Positions 55,911 through 64,000 of a DNA stretch of 64,000 bases are shown piece by piece. The notes below the pieces were generated by a model. It saw only the letters and a program-made list of their open reading frames with translations, was not told where the DNA came from and made no database searches. How positions within the stretch are numbered: the first letter of the stretch is position 1; the number at the start of each line of letters is the position of its first letter. The stretch comes from Catajapyx aquilonaris (Eukaryota), in the NCBI GenBank assembly GCA_000934665.2, contig JYFJ02001774.1, forward strand, positions 1 through 64,000, read 5' to 3'. A program made the translations under genes and the position numbers.

Positions 55911-56489
55911 TTAACACCTGCAGACATGCTCAGCATCGAAAAACTCTGGATCATACCCTGGCCGCAAATCTTCCAGCCATTCCATCAGTTCCTTCTTCTC
56001 GTCATCTCGAGACTCTGGAGGTGTATTTATCATCTTCAGAAGGTTAGTGTAACCATAGGTGCCTCCAACATCCTCAGGAGGACAAGCCCTTGCACCATCA
56101 ATGCACCTGGGATACACCTGGTTGGGGTCAGCCTCAACAGCTTTCTCAAACACGACCTGATGCTCCCAACCGTCACCGAAGTCATACCGTATTGCAACCG
56201 TATTCTCATCAAGGAAATTATCAGGAATTATTGCATCATGCTCAGAAATCTGCTCGTCATCCAGCTCCTCGTCGTCCATCACCATACCAATTTTGGTGCT
56301 ATTATAAAAGTAAAATTGGTGCAAGTGGCACTCGTCCCATCCCATTGCATCCTGAATGGCGTCATGGAGTGACTGGAAAGTATAATCCTCTGGCACTTGT
56401 ATTCGGCGCCAGATCAGAGGCTTGATTCCCAGGAGGGTTATCTTAAACTGGCACACTTTGCTGAATCCACCACTCTGAAAAACATTCAT
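55911..56489 (-). pseudogene. pRiA4b ORF-3 copy 3: main exon open but 5' exons deleted and C-terminus altered (probable pseudogene)
   Basis: Domain motifs are intact (WDECHLHQF, YDFGDGWEH, CPPEDVGGTYGY) and the acceptor before 56474 is retained. The upstream exons are missing (deletion junction near 56746) and the tail FRDSxTGG is replaced by CRC*. An in-frame ATG exists at 56489. Confidence 0.6.
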
Positions 56490-57543
56490 GACAAGAAATC
56501 AAGTTATTTGCGAGCAATAGTGAGCTGGGTGCTTATTGTGGGTCATGAATCCACCACGGTACCGTATTATATGCTGCAGCCCAACGAACATTATTGTGGC
56601 TTTGCCAAGTGCCCCACGTCCTTCATAACACTACCAGGAACGCACCTCAACTGTTTTCATGACGGGGCATGAACAAACTTCCCTTCTCACCCGGCAATCA
56701 ACAGTTTGCTACTTTGCCAAAATGTACGCAGATGACAGGATAATTAGTAACTGCTACTTGCCACTGCTCAATGACACCTGGGCAAACAAACAAACAAACC
56801 CATCCCAACTGCAATGACTGCAATTGACAAGTAAAAGTCAATTATTTATTGCTGACATTTGATTCAAGAGGGGTACAAGTACTTTTAAGTACAATTCTTA
56901 CCCAGAACAGTAACATAAGTAGGGTTACATTTCTCCGTACGTACCGCTCTGGGCAGGGCAGTCACACAAGTGGCGACTTACACTCAAGTGACAAAATTGG
57001 ACCATACAAAAGTATCAAAAATTGTGACAAAATAATGCCGCTAAGGCACTAATGCAACTAGGTATGAATCCCGAAGGCTATAACAAAGCAACCCGTTTTA
57101 TTATCCTCTCGAAATAAAAGACACATGTGACGATAAAGAAAAGTCGGGAGAAAATACTGTAGTAATGAATAATCAAAAGGAGTAACTATAGGGCACATTC
57201 ACTTAGGAAAATGAACATTTCTTTAAACTTTGAACAAATCTCACTGAAACCTTTCAGCTCAAAGTGTATTTGATTGGGACCTGAAACTTCCAAACAATGA
57301 AACACTGGAGTATAATCTCTCCAGACATGTCTTATGAACAAATCATTTTAACAACTGCACTGACAGTGAGTCTTAAATCATGTGAGTAAGGGAATCAATA
57401 ACTTAAAAGCAACATGAGAAACAAATACCCTTTGTATCAATTCTTCTGGAACTGACTTCACCTTTTATAACTGTCCATTACAATTGTAGTGTATGGATCC
57501 ACCCAACTGGTCTCATCACTTCTCCATCTTCTCTTGTGGGTAT

Positions 57544-59701
57544 TTAGAGACCTCCAGTCTTGCTATCTCGAAATTTGACTTGCGTAGCATCGAAGAAATC
57601 TGGATCATACCCTGGCCGCCACTTTTCCAGCCAGTCCATCAGTTCCTTCATCTCTTCATTTCGAGATTCTGGAGGTGTATTCATCACCATCCGAAGGGGG
57701 TAACCAGAGACGCCTTGAATATCCTCGGGAGGACAAGCCATCTGGCCATCAATGCACCTAGGATACGCTTGCTTTGGGTCAGCCTGAACAGCTTTCTCGA
57801 ACAAGACCTTATGCTCCCATGAGGCACCCAAGTCATACTCGTACATTGCAAACATATTCTCTGCATAGAAATAATCAGAAATAATTGCATCCCGGTCATA
57901 AATCTTCCCCTCGTCCAGCACATCGTCTTCGAAGGAGGCTTCAATTTCGGTGCCATCACCAAATTCAAAGTGGTACAGGTGATAGTCCTCCCATCCCATT
58001 GCATCCTGAATGGCCTGATGGAGTGATTTGAATGTGTAATTCTCTGGCACCTGCATGCGACGCCAGATCTGAGGCTTCAGGTGCATCAGGGTTATCTTAA
58101 ACTGGTACACCTTGGTGAATCCACTACTCTGAAAGACATTTATTACAATAGATTCTGATTAGAAACACACTGTCTCAGCACAATTTGATTACTTTCATAC
58201 TTTGATTGGATCCTTCTTTGCCAGTGCACACACTTTGCAAGACCTAACTTACTGTGGGTCATGCATCTGCCAATGTACTGTACACTACATCTTCGGCTGC
58301 ATTTACATGTGAGCAATATATTTGATGAGCTATGTGCAGCGATGAGCATCGCTGAATGAAGAAACCAATTGCTTGGGAGTGAAATGTGATTGTTAATTTC
58401 GCCCAATACAAAAGGATTCATACATTCGCTCCCATGTAGGCGGAGTGGTGCTGCGGTAACGTATGCGCCCACGGATGTTAAGGTCCCGGGTTCGATCCCA
58501 ACCCGGGGACACCCCCTTCATCTCGTGCAGAGTTCAGGGTCACCTCTGGCTTCGTCTCGCGTGGTATTTCCACAGACTAAACCACCCGGGGGAGTTCACT
58601 AAAAATGGCCACGTTTAAGACATCGCACTGCACCTTGCACATCCCCTCCTGTCATCCTGCCCGTTGGCCCGGGCGTTACGTATAAAGGTTCCCATATATG
58701 TATGAGACATAAATAAAGATCCGTGCTACATGCCTCTGATGAGGTCAAGCACTACCCGGATTATTATTATTATTGGCATTCAACTTTGCCTTGTTCTTAA
58801 TAACAGTACCAGACATGCGTGACAGGGGCATGAACAAACTCCCCTTCTCATCCAGCAATCAACAATTTGCAACGTTGCCAACATGTCAGCAGTGCCCAAC
58901 CTGTTGCCCACCCCTCACTGCTCCGAGGCATTATGATAAATTTTCTTACAGATCTTCTGCCATTTCTAGGCAGTCTCAGCCAAGTAGTAGAAAATACTGT
59001 CCCTGCACAAACTAATTTTCTCTCACATCCTAAATATCCTGAAAATTCTGTAGCACACACATCCCTTTTGCAGACTTGATAAGCCTTCCTACAAATCCTG
59101 CTCAGTACGGCTCTCAGTAGCCTACTTCCTGATATTTAACAAGATTAGTGAATTTGTCTGCACTCTGTGCAAATCTCCAGTTGGTCAGGAACATATGGAA
59201 AAATTATTGTCTAAACAACTCTGCAATCCACTTGAAAAGTTCAGCCACTGGCATAAAGGTGCGTTTACATGTGAGCGATTTGATCGCGCGATGTCATCGC
59301 CGAGCGATAACAACACTGAGTAACCAGTATTGTTTGAGTCGAAACTCAATTGTTACTTTCACCGGCTCGAACAACATTGGTTACTCGGATTACTCAGCAT
59401 TGTTATCGCTCAGCGAAGACTACGCCCGCCAAGTCGCCCACATGTAAATGCACAGTCTTTACTTACCTTACGTACCTATTAGCCCCAAGCATGCTTTTCA
59501 AATGGACGAATGAACATGCACCAGTTCATTACATAAAAGCACATTTCAGATGACAGGATAATTATTTTTGACTTATTTCTGGTGCATTTTTCATTCGCCA
59601 TGCCGACGCACAGACTTGTACCCGCTTGCCTTTGGCTTTGGTGGTTTCCCGGCAGTAGGGGCTTTCTTTCCTGCGGTGACCTTCTCAGCAGCCATTGCCA
59701 T
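57544..59701 (-). CDS. pRiA4b ORF-3 / MM3350-like domain protein, copy 4
   Basis: join(59701-59630, 58128-57544) with a GC donor AAG|GCAAGC. The N-tail is MAMAAEKVTAGKKAPTAGKPPKPK. The domain shows WEDYHLYHF, YEYDLGASWEH and CPPEDIQG. AATAAA at 56850-56845. Confidence 0.85.
58436..58774 (+). mobile_element. tRNA-derived SINE (third family) with (ATT)n tail
   Basis: B box GGTTCGATCCC, body shared with 47710-47912, ends in ATT repeats. Confidence 0.75.
59257..59453. mobile_element. Harbinger-like MITE (family of 10451)
   Basis: AGGTGCGTTTACATGTGAGCGATTTG ... CAAGTCGCCCACATGTAAATGCAC, with inner inverted repeats. Confidence 0.7.
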
Positions 59702-61032
59702 CTTACTCGCACCTGAAATTAATTGCCCAGCAATTGAAGTGCCTATAATCATTATGTTCATACACATGTCCCCACTAGGCCTAGTCCATGTCTTTCCCTC
59801 CTCTACAACTATCACCTCCAGACCCGGGCAACGACCCCGTCTCCTTACCCACCTGTTCCTCCGATGTGTCAGGCAGCAGCCGGTACAGGTATGGCCCTCG
59901 GGAGCTGCTCTGGTGAGACGGAATCTGGACGGAATTGAACAGACCTTGGAAAAGACAAAGAGCGTGACCAACATGTGCTCGGACACAGACCGTGAGCGTA
60001 GCTGTTCATTCCCCCCGATAACGATTATTAAGAGTAACTGCTACTTGCCACTGCTCAATGACACCTGGACAAACAAACAGATAAACAAACTTTACCATTG
60101 GCAACACTATAGATGTAGGCACCCTTTGGGGCAAGAAAAGAGGCTCATTGCTCAATAATTATGGCTGACTTTGTACTGTACGGAGCGGTTTTGGCAGGAA
60201 ATAAAAACTTTGCCTCGAAGCTTATATACCTACAACACTGCTATGGCCAATTAATTATTTAATTACCGGTACTTCCTGAATTGTTGGGAATCTCCACCTG
60301 CACCCTTTTCCCATCCCAACTGCAATATTGACAAGTAGAAGTCAATTCTTTATTGTTACCTTCTGATTCAATAGATTCTAGGTACATTTTGTAAGTTCGC
60401 AGTTCTTGCCCAGCATAGTAACATAAGTACGCTTTACATATCTGTATGTATCACTCCGACTGGGCAGGCATATGTGGTGATGTACAGTTGTAGTCAGTAC
60501 ACTCACTTGACAATAGAAGTGAAAGTAAACACTGGCTGTATTGCAACTAGTATAACAGCATGATGTAACCCTAAATAATCTATAATGAAACAATTCCTTT
60601 AGTTTTATCCAAATAATTATACAAATTATAATTAGTCAAAAAAAAAGGTCAAGAAAAAATAGTGTGGTCTTGAGTCATAAGGAGCAGTAACCAGCAATTA
60701 AGGCACTTTCATTTAGGGGAAAAAATTATTTTTCTTTGTATGGTTTGAACGAATGTTATTGCACTACGTTCATCCTTAGAGACTCGAATATCTCCCAAAC
60801 ATGGAAGCCCTGCAGTAAACATTTTAACAGCACTAACTCTCAAACATAAATAATGGGCATGAGAATAACTTGAAATAATAAGCATAAGAAAACAAATGCA
60901 CTTTAAACCCATTTTTCTGAAACTGACTGTAACTTCACCTCTGAATATAACTCATCTCCATTGCAGATGAAAATATACTGGATAGATCCACCCAACTGGT
61001 CTCACGACCTTTGCCTCTTCTCCTGTGCGCAT

Positions 61033-63236
61033 TTAGCGACCTCCAATCCGGCTATCTCGAAAGTTGACATGCTGAGCATCGAAAAAATCTGGATCATACC
61101 CTGGCCGCATATCTTCCAGCCATTCCATCAGTTCCTTCTTCTCATCATCTCGAGACTCTGGAGGTGTCTTCATTACCTTCAGAAGGCGCTTGTAACCGTA
61201 GGTGCCTCCAGCGTCCTCAGGAGGGCAAGCCCTCCTACCATCAATGCACCTGGGATACACCTGCTTTGGGTCAGCCTTAACAGCTTTCTCGAACACGACC
61301 TTATGCTCCCATGAGTCACCAAAGTCATACTCGTACATCGCAACCATATTCTCCTCATAGAAATAATCAGAAATGATTTCATCATGGTCATAAATCTTCT
61401 CCTCATCCCACACCTCGTCATCCAACAGCATATCAATTTTGGTGCCGTCATCCAAGTCAAATTGGTGCAGATGATAATCCTCCCATCCCATCGCATCCTG
61501 AATGGCCTCATGGAGCGAATAGAAAGTGTAATTCTCTGGTACTTGTATACGGCGCCAGATCCGAGGCTTGGCGCCCAGAAGGGTTATCTTAAACTGGTAT
61601 ACTCTCAGGTTCACTTTTCTGAATCCACTCCTGATATCTCGAAAATTGACACGCTCAGCATCGAAGAAATCTGGATTATACCCTGGCCGATACCGTTTCA
61701 GCCAGTCCATCAGTTCCTTCATGTCTTCGTCTCGATACTTGGGAGGTGTCTTCATTACCTTCAGAAGGTGCTTGTAACCATAGGTGCCTCCAGCGTCCTC
61801 AGGAGGGCAAGCCCTTCTACCACCAAGGCATCTGGGATACACCTGCTTCGGGTCAGCTTGAACAACATTCTCAAACAAGACCTTATGCTTCCATAAGTCA
61901 CCAAAGTCATACTCGTACATTGCAACCATATTCTCCTCACAGAAATAATCAGAAATTATTGCATCATGGTCATAAATCTTCTCCTCATCCCACACCTCGT
62001 CGTCCAACAGCATATCAATTTTGGTGCCGTCATCCAAATCAAATTGGTGCAGATGATAATCCTCCCATCCCATCGCATCCTGAATGGCCTCATGGAGCGA
62101 ATAGAAAGTGTAATTCTCTGGCACTTGTATACGGCGCCAGATCCGAGGCTTGGCGCCCAGAAGGGTTATCTTAAACTGGTACACTTTGCTGAATCCACCA
62201 CTCTGATTCTGGAAAAGGAAGTAAATAAAGGTCAGCAGGTCTATTAAGAAACAAATCTATCTACCACATGTTAACCTCACCAATTTCAAGTCACAATTGC
62301 CTATTCAGAGATTTACCTACTTCTTATTTTATTTTTATTTTTGTAGTTTTTCCTTTAATTTCATCTAATAGTTCTAGCCAAGTCAGACAAGTTGTAGCTA
62401 AAATCTACATGGATCTCATGAGTAATGTAAAAATGAAATTAAGCAAAAACATTAATAATTACCGCCGATAATTACAATAAATTCCGATCAGAAACACAAG
62501 ACAACACAGGAGCTTGCCTATACTGTCGTCATAGCCCTTGATTATACTTATAGGAGACTCTGAAAGGCTCCAGTGATGGAATGATGCGGTACACTCATAA
62601 AGGAATAGCAGAAATTACATGAATTTTTGGTAATACATGGGTAATTTTTCCACCTCTGATTATGCATGTCACATCATGAATTTGCATCAGAAAAAAATGG
62701 GGTGGTAACTTGAAACCGTTTTTCGACCCCAAGAGGTCTAGAGTGCGTTTTAATGACATTACCACGCTTTAAAATTGTTATTCATTGCACAATTTTTTTT
62801 CCAGGCATGAAGGTGCGTTTACACGTGAGCGATTTGACGTCTGAAGTCTTCGCCGAGCGATAACATCGCCGAGTAACCCAAGTATTGTTTGAGGCACAAA
62901 TTGATTGTTACTTTCACCTCAAACAATTTTGGTGACTTTGCCCCGCTTTGCATGTCAAAAGTAGCTCACATGAAAACGCGCGTTAAAGAGTATATTTGAG
63001 GCGTGGGATTTTTCATGGAGACAAAAAGTTGCTTCGGAGAGGTGGCGTAAGTATACCACGGGGTCCAATAAGGACCCCATGTTTCAAGTTGACGGCATTT
63101 TCATTTGCGACACTGACTTTATTACCTTCGGCTTATTGGCCTTCGTCCTTGCTTTGCCTGCAGCTGCCTTCTTGGCAGAGGTCGCCTTGATGGTGTCCAG
63201 GTAGTCCATGGCCCATCTCAAGGTTGACATCGACAT
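61033..63236 (-). CDS. pRiA4b ORF-3 / MM3350-like protein, copy 5, with two fused tandem domains
   Basis: join(63236-63126, 62208-61033), phase 0. The N-tail is MSMSTLRWAMDYLDTIKATSAKKAAAGKARTKANKPK. Two domains follow at a 582-nt period in one ORF. AATAAA at 60354-60349. Confidence 0.9.
62811..62982. mobile_element. Harbinger-like MITE (family of 10451/59257)
   Basis: AGGTGCGTTTACACGTGAGCGATTTG ... CTCACATGAAAACGC; the body is shared with 59257. Confidence 0.65.
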
Positions 63237-64000
63237 CTTCCCTTTCTCGCACCTGAAATTAATAGTCCAGTAATTTACTGCCTACTCCCCAATCATAAGA
63301 GGCTGATGATGCATATATCCCTGCTAGGCCTAGTCCATGTCTCTCCATCCTTCATTCCCTCCCGCCCTGCAAAACGGCCCCGTCTGTTACCCACCTGATA
63401 CTCCGAAGTGTTGTGCAGCAACCGGTACCGGTATCACCCTCAGGAGATGCTGTGTTGGGACAGGACGAGCGAGAAAAGCAGGACAGACAGAATACAGAAC
63501 AACCAGTGGCAGCCTGTGACGTGTGACTGTTTATTCCCCAATAGCGGTTATATTTGGAATAACTGCTACTTATTGTCACTGTTCAAGGAAACCTGGACAA
63601 ACAAACGAACGAACTTTGCCTTTTACAACACTGTAGATATAGGTTGATGTAACCCTCAAGGTAACCCTTCAGGTCCTGGCAGCTAGGCGGAAAGAAAAGA
63701 GAGGCTCATATATTGCTCATGCAATTATCCCTCAATTGTAAAATATTGTAAAAGAAAAACTGTAAAGAATTATTTAAAAAATTGTAAAATAGTATGGAGG
63801 GGGGTCTCCAACACCCCACTTGTGTCCAAATAATTAATTTTATTAATATTAATCTATTGTCTGTCACCTCCATATCTGTGTCCCTCCCATCTCCCCCCTT
63901 TTCCCATGGACCATCCCAACTGCAATAACTGCAATAATTGACAAGTTAAAGTCACTTCTTTATTGTTACCATTTGATTCAAGAGGGGTACAGTATATTTA

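Noticed and set aside
58730..58760. CTGATGAG resembling a hammerhead ribozyme core
   Set aside because: No downstream stem II or GAAA partner is visible.
46525..62208. Bacterial contamination or a plasmid insert as the source of the ORF-3 genes
   Set aside because: The genes have in-frame spliceosomal leader exons, polyA signals and host SINEs/MITEs in their introns, and no other bacterial genes or operon structure is present.

Overview
Eukaryotic genomic DNA, most likely from an arthropod, with short GT-AG introns, SINEs and MITEs. It holds four conventional genes: Tet (2OG/Fe(II) DNA dioxygenase, + strand, 5' end probably outside the window), Cds (CDP-diacylglycerol synthase, - strand), a MARCH1/8-type RING-CH E3 ligase (+ strand) and a single-exon divergent ionotropic receptor (- strand). 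The standout is a tandem array from 46.5 to >64 kb of genes encoding the prokaryote-type 'plasmid pRiA4b ORF-3 / MM3350-like' domain. There are five loci with six domains, plus one relic and the 3' flank of a further copy at the window edge. Four of the five have a spliceosomal 5'UTR exon and a short coding exon that adds a Lys/Ala-rich N-terminal tail, and all have AATAAA signals. This looks like a horizontally acquired, domesticated gene family undergoing birth-and-death evolution. The window also carries many palindromic MITEs, a ~1-kb foldback element and three tRNA-derived SINE families. All family assignments come from motif recognition by eye; no searches were run.
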